Below, piece by piece: positions 54,506 through 64,000 of a stretch of 64,000 bases of DNA. The stretch is taken from contig OZ242008.1 in NCBI GenBank assembly GCA_965204735.1, forward strand, positions 2,784,001 through 2,848,000. Direction: 5' to 3'. Position numbers and translations under genes: made by a program. Source of the stretch: Longimicrobiales bacterium. GTDB lineage: Bacteria > Gemmatimonadota > Gemmatimonadetes > Longimicrobiales > Gaopeijiaceae. Below the pieces are notes generated by a model. It had not been told where the DNA came from and searched no databases. It worked only from the letters and a program-made list of their open reading frames with translations. How positions within the stretch are numbered: the stretch's first letter is position 1; each line of letters opens with the position of its first letter.

Positions 54506-55752
54506 CGATCGCGGCTGGACGCCCCCGGTGCGGCTCCCGCCCGCGTCGGACCGACTTCGGCTTCCGGCGGGGGCTGCCAGAAGTCGATCCCGCCGGACTG
54601 GTGCTCCAGCTCGACCGTCTCGACGACCTCCAGCGTCTCCAGGTCGATCACGTCCAGGGTTCCCCGAACGGAGCCCACCGATTCGTTGGAGACGAAGGCC
54701 CAGCGTCCGTCGGGACTGGCCACGACGCCGTGGGTGACCGGGCGGGACGTTCCGGCCCGCCCCAAGAGCGCCCCGCTTTCCAGATCGTAGACGGCGACCC
54801 CCTGCTCGCCCTTCAAGGTGGCCAGCAGCCGCTTCCCGTCCGCCGTGACCTCCAGGTTGTACGGCGCCTTTCCGGTGGCGAAGCGCCGAGTCACCGCCCA
54901 GCGCTCCACGTCCACTTCCAGCACTTCGTCGAGCTTGTTGCACGCCGCGTAGACGAATCGGTTCGCGCCCGTCCCTTGTCCAGGCTCGGCCCATGTGGGA
55001 CTGCAGACGGCGCCTGGGGAAGCGGCGTCCGGCTCGTGGGCCGCGTGGGCCCGGCTCGGCTCGGCTGCGGGCGCCACGCTGAGCCGTCGGCTGACGCCGA
55101 ACTCCGCCAAGTCGATCTCCACCAGCTCGTCGGAGTGCATGCACACCGAGTAGTGCTTGGCGCCGTCGGCGCTGACCCGGCTGCCGTGGGGCATCAGGCA
55201 GGTCTCCACGCGCGCGACTTCCATCATCTCGGGGGTGTAGACGACGGACACGTCGGACGGGATCATGTCGCCATGAAGGTTGAAGTTGGACACCAGCAGG
55301 AACTCCCCGCCGGGGGTCGCGCCCATCGTCGCCGGGAAGAGGCCCAGACGCGCGCGGGCGACCAGCGTGTCGGGTCCGGCGTGGAACTGCCACACGTAGC
55401 CGTAGGGCGTGCCGTGGGCGATCGTCACGTACCAGAACCTGCCGTCGGGCGAGACCGTGATCCCGTGCGCGCCGTCGTTGTCGCCGGGCATGATCCCCAC
55501 TGGGATCTCCTTCTCGACCACCGCGCCTTGGCCCGGCGTGAAGGCCACCCGACTCACGACGTCGGAGGACTCGTTGGCCACGTAGACGCGGTAGGCGGGC
55601 GACTGGACGCTCGAGCTCTCGGCGGGACGGGAGCGGACGGAGGGCGACTGGTGGACGGCGACGGACGCGTCCAGCCCGACGGCCCCCGGCGACGGCGAAG
55701 AGGTCAGGAGGAGGGCGGCCGCCGAACTCCAGCAGAGCAACCCCCTTCTCAC
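54502..55752 (-). CDS. Secreted YncE/YVTN-type beta-propeller protein
   Basis: Signal-like N-terminus (RRGLLCWSSAAALLL); VYVANESSD, AHGITVSPDGRF, PYNLEVTADGK, THGVVASPDGRWAFVSNE. Confidence 0.82.
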   Translation of the reverse strand: MRRGLLCWSSAAALLLTSSPSPGAVGLDASVAVHQSPSVRSRPAESSSVQSPAYRVYVANESSDVVSRVAFTPGQGAVVEKEIPVGIMPGDNDGAHGITVSPDGRFWYVTIAHGTPYGYVWQFHAGPDTLVARARLGLFPATMGATPGGEFLLVSNFNLHGDMIPSDVSVVYTPEMMEVARVETCLMPHGSRVSADGAKHYSVCMHSDELVEIDLAEFGVSRRLSVAPAAEPSRAHAAHEPDAASPGAVCSPTWAEPGQGTGANRFVYAACNKLDEVLEVDVERWAVTRRFATGKAPYNLEVTADGKRLLATLKGEQGVAVYDLESGALLGRAGTSRPVTHGVVASPDGRWAFVSNESVGSVRGTLDVIDLETLEVVETVELEHQSGGIDFWQPPPEAEVGPTRAGAAPGASSRDR

Positions 55753-57998
55753 GAGACGCGCGCCTTGGACTTCGGCTCCAGCCGCAAGACCCAGAGTCCC
55801 GAGTTCAGGTCGGACACGAAGACGAGGCCCTTGAACGGCTGGGGCCCCCACGCCATCGGCGAGTTGGGCACGTGGCCGTCCGGCGTCCCCGTCGGAAACC
55901 ATGCGATCTCGCGGCCTTGGCGGTAGAGGTCGCCGCGAAGCTCCCCGGATACGTCCACGACCCGGAGGCCCGCCTGATAGTAGGCCACGTACATCTTGTC
56001 GTCCTCGATCCACAGGTTGTGGGCGCCCGCTTCGGGCACCTCGTAGCGAGCGACCTCGCGCAGCTTCGCCGGGTCTTCCATGTCCAGCACGTGGACGAAC
56101 CCTCGGGAGCCGTCCCCCGGATGGCCGTTGCGGGAGATGCACTCCTCGCATCCAAAGATCTCGTCGCCCACAAAGAGGTAGCTGCGCCCCTCGGCGTTGG
56201 TGTAGGGGAAGGCGACGTGCGTGTTCCCTTCGGGGTACGCGAAGCTGCTCACCTCCACCGGCTTCGTCGGGGTCCCGCCCCAGCGGCCGTCTCCCACGTC
56301 CAGGACGTACACGCCGTCGTGCCAGTAGGAGACGTAGGCCATGCCGTTCAGGACCCATATGTCGTGCAGGTACTTGCCGGGCGAGTCGATCCCCCAGCGG
56401 CCCACTTCCTTCGGGTCGCGGGGGTCCGCCACGTCGAGCACGTGGACTTCCTTGGTGCCGTTGTGGATTGCGTAGAGGACGGCGCCGTGGAAGAAGACGT
56501 TGTGGACGCCGCCCGTCAGCTCTTTCGTGTAGGTGCTTGCGACTTGGGGATGGGCGGGATCGGCAAGGTCCAGCAGCACGATCCCGTTCTTGCGGTCCGA
56601 GGCCCCCTCCCGCGTGATCGCCGCCACCGTCGCAGCGGCGTTGACCTTTACGTCGTTGACGACTCGAGCGTCCACCTCCACGAAGTCGGTGAGCACCGGG
56701 TTCGAAGGGTTGGTCACGTCCCAGGCGAGCATCCGTTGCCCGCCGGAGTGAGTTCCCGTGTACACGTAGTCGCGTCCGTCGGCGCCCTCGAACGCCCACA
56801 GGTCCGACGTGGGACGATCCGCCACCAGACCTCGGCCTGCGACGACGACTTCGTGCTCGACCTCCCGCTTCACGACCTCCACCAGGGCTTGGCCCGACCC
56901 TCTTCCCGCCGTGGCCGTCACCCGGTAGAGACCGGGCCGCTCCGCCACGAACGCCCCGTCGGGGTAGATCGACGCTCCCATGGCTGTCCGGACCTCGAGG
57001 GACGACACCGAAAACGCCAGCGGCGCGCCTTCGACGGGCCGGCCGTCGGCGGCGCGCGCCACGGCCGCGAAGTGGACCACGTCGCCCGTCCTGGCCCGGG
57101 AGCGTCCTTCCACGTCGACCGAGACCACCGGGTTTTCTTCGACGGTCACGTCCAGCGCGCCCTCGACTCCCTCCGCCGTCGCGGTGATCGTCGCCGTGCC
57201 GGCGCGAACCGCCCGGAGGAAGCCGCGCTCGTCCACGGTGGCCAGCCGGCGCCTGTTGCTGCTCCACGCGACTTCGGCAGATGTGCGCGGGGAACCGTCC
57301 TCGGCGTAGGCCCGCGCCTGGAGCCGCACCATCGTCCCCACGAGCAGGCGAACGCCGGGGCTTTCGATCTCGACCGCGGCCACCGGCGGCCCGGCCACGA
57401 CCACGGGCGCCGTGAAGGTGCGAATCTCCGGCGGTCCGGTGCCGCTGGCCGGAGGGACCCGGATCGCCATGCGGAGCTCGGCTTCGCCCTCGGAGACTCC
57501 CTTCAGGTGACCGTCCGCCAGGACTGCGTGGCGCGACTCCACCGAAGCGAGGATGCGGACCCCGCGCACTGGGGCGTCCATCAAGTCGTAGGCCGTCAGC
57601 TCGACGTCCTCGTCCATCGAGAGCGAGTCGCCCACCTGCATCCGGATCGTCTCGGGCTCAGCGCGGACGTCGGCCACCCGAGCTCCTATGCGCACCGCCG
57701 CCGGGTACTCGCGGGCGGCGGGGGCCGGGGCGGGCAAGGACGCGGCTTCCGCCTGGGCGTCGGCGGTGGCGTCGGGCTGGGCCGCGGCGGCGTCGGGCTG
57801 GGCCGCGGCGTCGGCGTCGGGCTGGGTCGTGGCGTCCGGGCTGGGCGCGCCCTCCGGCTGCTCCTCCGGCTGGGCGGAAGGCTCCGTCTGCGGGGGCGGC
57901 GGGGGCGAGGATCCGATGGTAGCCCGGGATGCGCCACCAGCTCCGCAACCCGCCGCCAGCACGAAGGCTGCGGCGGCTGCAACTGCTGCTCTGATCAT
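55749..57998 (-). CDS. Lipoprotein with Ig-like (Big_2) domains and LVIVD repeats
   Basis: MIRAAVAAAAAFVLAAGC lipobox; WSSNRRRLATVDERG...GTATITATAEG; GIVLLDLADPAHP, VHVLDVADPRDP, GLRVVDVSG. Confidence 0.85.
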   Translation of the reverse strand: MIRAAVAAAAAFVLAAGCGAGGASRATIGSSPPPPPQTEPSAQPEEQPEGAPSPDATTQPDADAAAQPDAAAAQPDATADAQAEAASLPAPAPAAREYPAAVRIGARVADVRAEPETIRMQVGDSLSMDEDVELTAYDLMDAPVRGVRILASVESRHAVLADGHLKGVSEGEAELRMAIRVPPASGTGPPEIRTFTAPVVVAGPPVAAVEIESPGVRLLVGTMVRLQARAYAEDGSPRTSAEVAWSSNRRRLATVDERGFLRAVRAGTATITATAEGVEGALDVTVEENPVVSVDVEGRSRARTGDVVHFAAVARAADGRPVEGAPLAFSVSSLEVRTAMGASIYPDGAFVAERPGLYRVTATAGRGSGQALVEVVKREVEHEVVVAGRGLVADRPTSDLWAFEGADGRDYVYTGTHSGGQRMLAWDVTNPSNPVLTDFVEVDARVVNDVKVNAAATVAAITREGASDRKNGIVLLDLADPAHPQVASTYTKELTGGVHNVFFHGAVLYAIHNGTKEVHVLDVADPRDPKEVGRWGIDSPGKYLHDIWVLNGMAYVSYWHDGVYVLDVGDGRWGGTPTKPVEVSSFAYPEGNTHVAFPYTNAEGRSYLFVGDEIFGCEECISRNGHPGDGSRGFVHVLDMEDPAKLREVARYEVPEAGAHNLWIEDDKMYVAYYQAGLRVVDVSGELRGDLYRQGREIAWFPTGTPDGHVPNSPMAWGPQPFKGLVFVSDLNSGLWVLRLEPKSKARVS

Positions 57999-58087
57999 GC
58001 GGCTTTCTCCGTGTTCGCAGGTTTTCGCCGGCGGGCGACGAACCGGCAGGGTTCCGGCCCGAGCCCGCACGCGAATGTCGTACCCGC

Positions 58088-58335
58088 GACGGGGGGCTGG
58101 GTTCCCGCGGGCCGCTGGGTCCGACCGACGGGGGTCTGGGGTTCCCGCGGGCCGCTGGGGTCCGACCGACAGGGTCCGGGGTTCCCTGCGGGCCGCTGGG
58201 GTCCGGGGTTCCCGCGGGCCGCTGGGGTCCGACCGACGGGGTCCGGGGTTCCCTGCAGGCCGCTGGGGTCCGACCGACGGGGGTCCGGGGTTCCCGCGGG
58301 CCGCTGGAGTCCGACCGACGGGGGGTCCGGGGTTC
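58088..58335. repeat. G-rich ~41-bp imperfect tandem repeat, ~6 copies, intergenic
   Basis: Unit GGGGTTCCC(T)GCGGGCCGCTGGGGTCCGACCGACGGGG(G)TCC; one copy internally deleted; no unique spacers. Confidence 0.9.
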
Positions 58336-58372
58336 TCCACGGTCGTGGCGCAACCTACAGGGCGGGAATAGC

Positions 58373-58702
58373 TTGTCAAACGTGTCGTTGACCGACTTTT
58401 CCGAACAGGTGTACGCCTGCGTCCGGCGCATCCCCAGGGGCCGGATCGTCAACTACGGCGCCGTGGCGGCGCTTGTGGGCAGGCCCCGAGCCGCGCGCGG
58501 CGTGGGATACGCCCTCAGCCACCTGCCGGTCGACACCGACGTTCCCTGGTGGCGAGTCGTGAATCGACGGGGCGCCGTCTCCACGTCGAGCATCGCCGGG
58601 GTCGCCCAGCGGCAGCGGGCGCTTCTGGAACACGAGGGCGTGGCGTTCGACGAGAAGGGAGAGGCCTCTTGGGAGCGTTTCGGGTGGGACCCTTGGGCGT
58701 GA
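58373..58702 (+). CDS. atl: Alkyltransferase-like (ATL, MGMT family) protein
   Basis: IPRGRIVNYGAVA...AARGVGYAL...VPWWRVVN; Trp replaces the active-site Cys of PCHRV. Confidence 0.88.
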   Translation: MSNVSLTDFSEQVYACVRRIPRGRIVNYGAVAALVGRPRAARGVGYALSHLPVDTDVPWWRVVNRRGAVSTSSIAGVAQRQRALLEHEGVAFDEKGEASWERFGWDPWA

Positions 58703-60933
58703 CGCGTAGATGGCGGATGGGCGTGACGCGTCGGTGGCGAAGCGCGACGCCTCTCTCGGCGACGGCCCTCGTGGCGGCGCTTTCGGCGGGATGCGGCGGC
58801 GACGCCGGGTTCTGGGACGCGTACGCCGAGATCGTCGCCGAAGAGGACGCCCGAGGACTCCACGGAGTGGCCCGGATCCAAGATCACCTCGGCGCGGCGG
58901 ACCCCGCCGTGCGGGCCGTGGCGGTCCGGGCGCTGGGCCGGCTCGAGGACCCGGGTCGGCTGGACGCGCTGGGGGCGTTCTTGGAGGACCCGGATCCCGG
59001 CGTGCGGGCTGCGGCCGCGGCGGCGACGGCCCAGTCGGTGTTCGGAGCCGATCCGGGAGCGGCGCTGGCGCTGCTCGCGGACCGGGTCGGCGAGGAGTCG
59101 GACGCCGCGGCGCTGGGAGCGCTCGCCGCGAGCCTGGGTCGATTGGGCGTGCGGGGCGACGAGCAGCGTCGGGGAGCGGCCGCCGCGCTGGCCTTCGCGG
59201 CCGAGCGCCTCCTGCCCGATGGAGCGAGCGACCCCGGGCCGGCCGCTTCGGAACGACCGGGCTTGGCCGACTACGAGCTGGCGGGTCGGCTTGGATTGGC
59301 CAGGGGAATCGAGGCGTTCGCGCGAGGCGGACACGGGCTCGGCCGGCAAGCCGGGACGGCGGGCCGTACCCTGGCGGCGGCGGTCCGCCTGCTGGTCGAG
59401 ACCCGCGACCCGATCTTGGAAGAGCGGGCGGCGCGCACGCGCCGGCTGGCCGTCGCGGCCCTGGTTCACGACGAGCGGATGCGTGGAGAGGACGCTCTGC
59501 GCTTCCTCGCGGACCCGGATCCCGGGGTGCGCCGAGTGGTGGTGGCGGGGGCGGGAGCAGCGACGCCCACGCCAGGCGCCGGCGGCGGCGAAGAGGCGGG
59601 CGCGGCCGGCTTCACGGCGGCGATCCGCACCGGTCTGGCCGATCTCCACATGTCGGTTCGAGTGGAAGCGCTGCGGGCCTTCGACCGGCAGCTGCGCAGA
59701 AGCACCGGGTGCGCGCCCCTGCTTCGGGCGTTCGCCGACCCGGCCCCCCATGCGTCGATCGTCGCGATCGCGCTGGCCGCCCGTCCGTGCCCCGACGCCG
59801 ACGCCCAGCGCGAGGCGCTCCGCCGGGTCGTCCAGGAAGTGGAGCGCCCCGGCAGCGACTGGAGGCGCCCCGCAAGGGCGCTTCACTCGCTGGCGACGGT
59901 GGCGCCCGCGGAAGCGGCGCCGTTTCTTCCCCGCTTCTCGAGCCACTGGTCGCCCTTCGCAAGGGCCTGGGCGGCGCGGACCGCAGCGCTGACGGGCGAC
60001 GCGGACGCGCTCCGCGCCTTGGCAAGCGACCCGGACCCCAACGCGCGCACCGCCGCGCTGAACGGGCTCGGCGCCGTCGCCGGGGCGGACGCCCGGGACG
60101 TCTACGCGGCCCAGCTCGACGACGACGACCCCCTCCTCGTGATGACCGCCGTCCGGATGCTGCGAGAGCACGCGCCCGACGCGCTTCCCCTGCCGGAGCT
60201 GCTCGACGCCCTGGCGCGCTTCACCGCCACCGGCCGCGAGACCGCGCGGGACGCGCGCATGGCGCTGCTCGAGGCGGTGGGCGCGGCGGGCGCCTACGAA
60301 CGGGCCGATCTGGTCCCCTACTTGGCGGATTTCGACCCATTGCTGGCGGCTCGCGCCGCCGCCCTGGCCGAGGCGGCGACGGGTCCGACCGCCAACAGAC
60401 CGGAAGCCGGGCAAGCGGACGCCGCGGACGCCTCCGCCGAGCGCATCCGCCCACCATTGACTCCCGCTCCGACGCTCGCCGCGGGCCGGCTCCGCGAGCT
60501 CGAGCGCTCCGTCGTCGTGCTCCGCATGGCGGGGCTGGGCGAGATCGCGATCGCCCTCCTCCCCCGCTCGGCGGCGACCAACGCGGACCGCTTCGCTCGA
60601 CTGGCGGACGCGGGCTACTTCGACGGCCTCGTCTTCCACCGGATCGAGCCCAACTTCGTCGTCCAAGGGGGAAGCCCCCACGCCAACGAGTACGCGGGCG
60701 ACGGCCCCTACAGCCGGGACGAGATCAGCAGCCGGCCCCACTGGCGGGGCGCCGTGGGGCTCTCGACCCGAGGCAGGGACACCGGCGACGCGCAGATCTT
60801 CGTCAACTTGGTCGACAACGTCAGACTGGACTTCAACTACACGATCTTCGGCGAGGTCGTGGAGGGCATGGACGTGGTCGACCAAATGCTGGAGGGCGCG
60901 TTGATCGAAGAGGCGCGGGTGGAGATACGGTGA
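58699..60933 (+). CDS. Lipoprotein with HEAT repeats and C-terminal cyclophilin-type PPIase
   Basis: LVAALSAGC lipobox; DPAVRAVAVRALGR repeats; GYFDGLVFHRIEPNFVVQGG, GRDTGDAQIFVNL, YTIFGEVVEGMDVVD. The start may be 58699, 58717 or 58723. Confidence 0.88.
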   Translation: MTRRWRMGVTRRWRSATPLSATALVAALSAGCGGDAGFWDAYAEIVAEEDARGLHGVARIQDHLGAADPAVRAVAVRALGRLEDPGRLDALGAFLEDPDPGVRAAAAAATAQSVFGADPGAALALLADRVGEESDAAALGALAASLGRLGVRGDEQRRGAAAALAFAAERLLPDGASDPGPAASERPGLADYELAGRLGLARGIEAFARGGHGLGRQAGTAGRTLAAAVRLLVETRDPILEERAARTRRLAVAALVHDERMRGEDALRFLADPDPGVRRVVVAGAGAATPTPGAGGGEEAGAAGFTAAIRTGLADLHMSVRVEALRAFDRQLRRSTGCAPLLRAFADPAPHASIVAIALAARPCPDADAQREALRRVVQEVERPGSDWRRPARALHSLATVAPAEAAPFLPRFSSHWSPFARAWAARTAALTGDADALRALASDPDPNARTAALNGLGAVAGADARDVYAAQLDDDDPLLVMTAVRMLREHAPDALPLPELLDALARFTATGRETARDARMALLEAVGAAGAYERADLVPYLADFDPLLAARAAALAEAATGPTANRPEAGQADAADASAERIRPPLTPAPTLAAGRLRELERSVVVLRMAGLGEIAIALLPRSAATNADRFARLADAGYFDGLVFHRIEPNFVVQGGSPHANEYAGDGPYSRDEISSRPHWRGAVGLSTRGRDTGDAQIFVNLVDNVRLDFNYTIFGEVVEGMDVVDQMLEGALIEEARVEIR

Positions 60934-63900
60934 CCAGAGCGACTCCGCACCGCGCCCTCGATCTCGCCACGCTGGCAGCACTGGCCGCCCTGGCCGCGGC
61001 AGCCTTCGCGGCGACGCCGACGCCGACTTCGGCCGCCCGGACTCCCGGCGGCGCGAACGGCCCGGCAGCCCAGCCCGCCGTGCCGCCCCAAGAGGCCCAA
61101 CCGCCCTTCGACCTGGCCACCCTCTTCGCCCACTTTCCCGGCGGCGGCCATCTCCTGCGGGACGAGAACCGGGACGGCGTCCCCGACCGCCTCGGCGCCG
61201 CCTTCTTGTTGCCCGCCGACCCGACCGCCGCCGAGCAGGCCGCGGCGGCGGAGATCGCGGCCCGACTGGGCTTCGAGACCATGGCGCTCGATCTGCCGCT
61301 CCCTAGAGGCGCACGCGAAGGAAGAATCCGAGTCGTCGTGGGCCGGCGCGCGTTGGGCGACGCCGGGTATTCGCCGGCCGACTTCGCCGTCGACGAGCCC
61401 GCGCCGGGCCAAGGCGCCGTGACCGCCGTGGTCGGCGACGGCGCGCGATGGGTGGTGGTGGCCGGAGGCGACGACGAAGGGCTGCTGCGGGGCGCGCGCC
61501 TGCTCGCGGGTTCGCTGCCCCACGCGGGCACCCTTGCCGGGCCCTCGCTCGAGGAGATCGCCGACGAACTCGGCGAGTGGCTGGCGCCCGACGCGACGGT
61601 GGACGTCGGCGTCGCCTTCTCCCGGGCGTCGGTCGGCGCGGACGGCGCGGTGCGCCTGGGCGGCGCGCTTCGCCACGCTCCGGGCGCCGAAGAAGCCGCC
61701 GACAACGCCTTCGCCCGGCTGCTGGAGCTGGCGGCCGCCCGGGCCGACGGCCCCGCCACCGAGCCCGACTCGCTCGATCTGCGCTTTCGCGACGTGGCTT
61801 CGCTCGCCCTCTCCCACGACGGACAGGAAGCGACGCTCCCCACGTTGGCCGACCCGCCGCCTCCGGGACCCGTCCCCGGCCGGCCCGGCGCCGGGGCCAA
61901 GGACGCCCTCGACCTCTCGAACGTCTTCACCAGCGATGGACTCCTGGGAGGCGCCGACCTCCCCGACCGAATCGACGCGATGCTCGTCCCCGACGCCGAT
62001 TCGGATGCGGCGCTGGAGCTGGCGGCCCGCCTGGGCCTCGAGTCCACCGGCCTGACGGTGCCGCTGACGAAGCTTCCTCGCCAAGTCGAGTCGCCCGCCC
62101 AGGAGCCCGTGCTGGTGCTGATGGGAACCGGGGGGCCAAGCCCAGGCGCCGACGCCCGGGACGATGCCCCCCAATCCGGGACCTCCGCCGCCGACGCCGC
62201 CGTCCATCGGCTGATCGCCCTGCTCGTCGACAGCGGCAGGGTCGCCCTGGACGACGTGCCCCCGGGCCACGGCCTGATCGAACTCGTCCCCGACGCCTTC
62301 GGCGGCAAGCCCAGCCTGGTGGTCACGGGTCCGGACCGCTCCGGCGCTGCCCTGGCCGCGCGGCAGCTGGCCGAAGTCTTTCCCCACGTCCACGAACGCG
62401 ACGAGGGCGCGCCGGTGCTCGACGACGTCGAGTACGAGCTCTGGGCCGCGCTCTCGGGACACTCGCCCGCGGGCCAAGCCGCCATCGGACTCTACAAGCT
62501 CGACCAGATCGCGACCAAGGTCGCGGCCGAGGTGGCGGAAGAGGCCCCGGACGCGCCGTCGGCCGGAGCCGCACCTGCACGCGCCTCGGTCCCGTCCGCT
62601 TCGTCCCGGCCCCTGGCGTCGGCCCACGTCCTCGTGTCCCTGGAGAAGCCGGACGACGGATACGCGGCGCTGGTCCGGGAGAGGGCCGCCGCCCTCGACG
62701 CCGAGCGGCTGGAGGTGACAATAGACGACCGGGACGTGCAGAACGCCTCGCTCGTCTTCGAGGACCGCTTCGAAGTCCCGTCGGAAGTCGACCGCTTTCG
62801 CGCCGTGCTCGAGGACCAGGTTCTTGGTCGGGTCCGCCGAGGCGCGGCGGTCCGCCTGGAGGCGCGGCTGTCGGAGCCGCCCGAAGTGCGTCGCGGGTTG
62901 GAGGACGAGATCCTGCGGCGCTTGGTGGAGGCGGGCGCCGACCCCGAGGCCAGCGAGGTGCAGGTGCTGTCGGCGTTCAAGCAGGGCTTCTCTTGGCTTC
63001 GCGAGTCGGTCGGTCCCCGGCTAGTGGACAAGGAGACGGCCGAGGTCGTGATCGAGTTCCTCAGGAACGAGCCGCCGGAGGAGTGGCCGCAGCAGGCGAT
63101 CCACACGCCCCTCCGCTGGCTTCACGAGGTCTTCCCCATCGACGAGGCGCTGGGCGCCGACCTGGGACTCGACCCGGAGCGGATCCGCTTCGAGATCGTC
63201 GAACCCGACGACCCGACCGCTGCGCCGCCGCCCGTCTACCGCGCCCGCGCCTTCGGGCCCGACGGCCGCCTGCTCCTGGACGAGACCTTCGATCCGGCGT
63301 GGGTGCTCCGCCCCTACTTCGACCGCTTCCGGGACTACGAGCAAGTCCGCGTCACCACCGGCTGGATCACCGCCGTCTCCGGGGCCGACACCCTCGCCCA
63401 CGAGCGCATCGTCACGGACCCCGAGTGGTTCTGGGACCGCTTCCAGTCCCGAACTCTCCCCGCCGTGTACGACCACGTGATGGACCGCCACGACGGGAAC
63501 CCTCGCGCGGGTCGTCAGGACGTCCCCTACTTCGGCGTCCTCGAAGTCGAATTGGAGCTCAGCGAGCCGGACTACCGCCTGGAGATCGACAACGAGATCG
63601 TGTCGCCCATGGACGCGCTCCACGAGGAGGTGTACTTCGGCACGATCGAGTTCTTCCACCAGCTCGGCCGCAACGCCCGGGGGCGGGATCTGACCTATCC
63701 GGGACGGATCGTGCCAATCATGCGCTCCAAGGGAGACGGCGGGCCGGGCAATGGCAGGATCCGCTTCACCGGCTTCGCCACGAGCCGTCCCGCGGTCGTG
63801 GTCCGCTGGCAGACCCGCGACGGTCGGCGGGGCGAGCGGCACCTCGACATTCCGAAGATCGCCATGGAGCGCCCCAGCCTGAGGCGCGCGGTGGTCGCCC

Positions 63901-64000
63901 CTGGATCGTCCGACGACGCTCCGGGACCAAAGGCTCCCGTCCTTTCCAGCCTCGAGCTTCGGGTGCGGGTGGACTCGGAGGCGGACCTGCGGGACTCCCT
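60930..64000 (+). CDS. Large secreted protein, partial (resembles the N-terminal part of M14-family metallopeptidase-like proteins)
   Basis: GTGA overlap with the PPIase stop; Ala-rich signal, LLRDENRDGVPD, AAAEIAARLGFETMALDLP, VLSAFKQGFSW, LSEPDYRLEIDNE. Runs off the right edge, so it is absent from the ORF track; no catalytic motif seen. Confidence 0.65.
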   Translation, partial: MTRATPHRALDLATLAALAALAAAAFAATPTPTSAARTPGGANGPAAQPAVPPQEAQPPFDLATLFAHFPGGGHLLRDENRDGVPDRLGAAFLLPADPTAAEQAAAAEIAARLGFETMALDLPLPRGAREGRIRVVVGRRALGDAGYSPADFAVDEPAPGQGAVTAVVGDGARWVVVAGGDDEGLLRGARLLAGSLPHAGTLAGPSLEEIADELGEWLAPDATVDVGVAFSRASVGADGAVRLGGALRHAPGAEEAADNAFARLLELAAARADGPATEPDSLDLRFRDVASLALSHDGQEATLPTLADPPPPGPVPGRPGAGAKDALDLSNVFTSDGLLGGADLPDRIDAMLVPDADSDAALELAARLGLESTGLTVPLTKLPRQVESPAQEPVLVLMGTGGPSPGADARDDAPQSGTSAADAAVHRLIALLVDSGRVALDDVPPGHGLIELVPDAFGGKPSLVVTGPDRSGAALAARQLAEVFPHVHERDEGAPVLDDVEYELWAALSGHSPAGQAAIGLYKLDQIATKVAAEVAEEAPDAPSAGAAPARASVPSASSRPLASAHVLVSLEKPDDGYAALVRERAAALDAERLEVTIDDRDVQNASLVFEDRFEVPSEVDRFRAVLEDQVLGRVRRGAAVRLEARLSEPPEVRRGLEDEILRRLVEAGADPEASEVQVLSAFKQGFSWLRESVGPRLVDKETAEVVIEFLRNEPPEEWPQQAIHTPLRWLHEVFPIDEALGADLGLDPERIRFEIVEPDDPTAAPPPVYRARAFGPDGRLLLDETFDPAWVLRPYFDRFRDYEQVRVTTGWITAVSGADTLAHERIVTDPEWFWDRFQSRTLPAVYDHVMDRHDGNPRAGRQDVPYFGVLEVELELSEPDYRLEIDNEIVSPMDALHEEVYFGTIEFFHQLGRNARGRDLTYPGRIVPIMRSKGDGGPGNGRIRFTGFATSRPAVVVRWQTRDGRRGERHLDIPKIAMERPSLRRAVVAPGSSDDAPGPKAPVLSSLELRVRVDSEADLRDS

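Noticed and set aside
58088..58335. Possible CRISPR array or coding N-terminal extension (ORF start 58379)
   Set aside because: No unique spacers. The real lipoprotein start with RBS and lipobox is at 57998.
58453..63842. Minus-strand ORFs of 842, 550, 596 and 273 aa
   Set aside because: Antisense to the coupled plus-strand atl/PPIase/large-protein operon.

Overview
High-GC bacterial window in three blocks. (1) 1-27.5 kb is one giant minus-strand gene that the ORF track misses because it runs off the left edge. It encodes >9,100 aa: a signal-peptide-like N-terminus, roughly 70 copies of a ~125-aa beta-rich repeat and two fibronectin type III domains, so probably a surface adhesin. The huge plus-strand ORFs over it are antisense shadows. 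(2) 27.5-50.4 kb is a defence island. It holds a ParB/Srx-like gene coupled to an Mrr-like nuclease gene, a Type III RM system with an AT-rich DUF2806-like gene between mod and res, a divergent and apparently degenerate N6-adenine MTase, two AAA_14/DUF4143 ATPases and a NACHT/STAND-like NTPase with a C-terminal nuclease. It also has a tandem array of one intact Rpn nuclease gene plus three copies that lost the catalytic motif but keep the internal RBS/ATG for the small C-terminal (antitoxin-like) product. Intergenic DNA carries a 6x 11-bp array with ~21-bp phasing, a two-way TGTCGG-N10-TA palindrome and operator-like repeats. (3) 50.3-64 kb looks like backbone: a sulfotransferase/MpaB-type oxygenase/acyltransferase cassette, pcm, a beta-propeller protein, an Ig/LVIVD lipoprotein, a G-rich tandem repeat, an ATL protein, a HEAT-cyclophilin lipoprotein and a large secreted protein truncated at the right edge. 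All calls come from reading motifs by eye; no searches were run, and GC contrasts and repeat counts are visual estimates.
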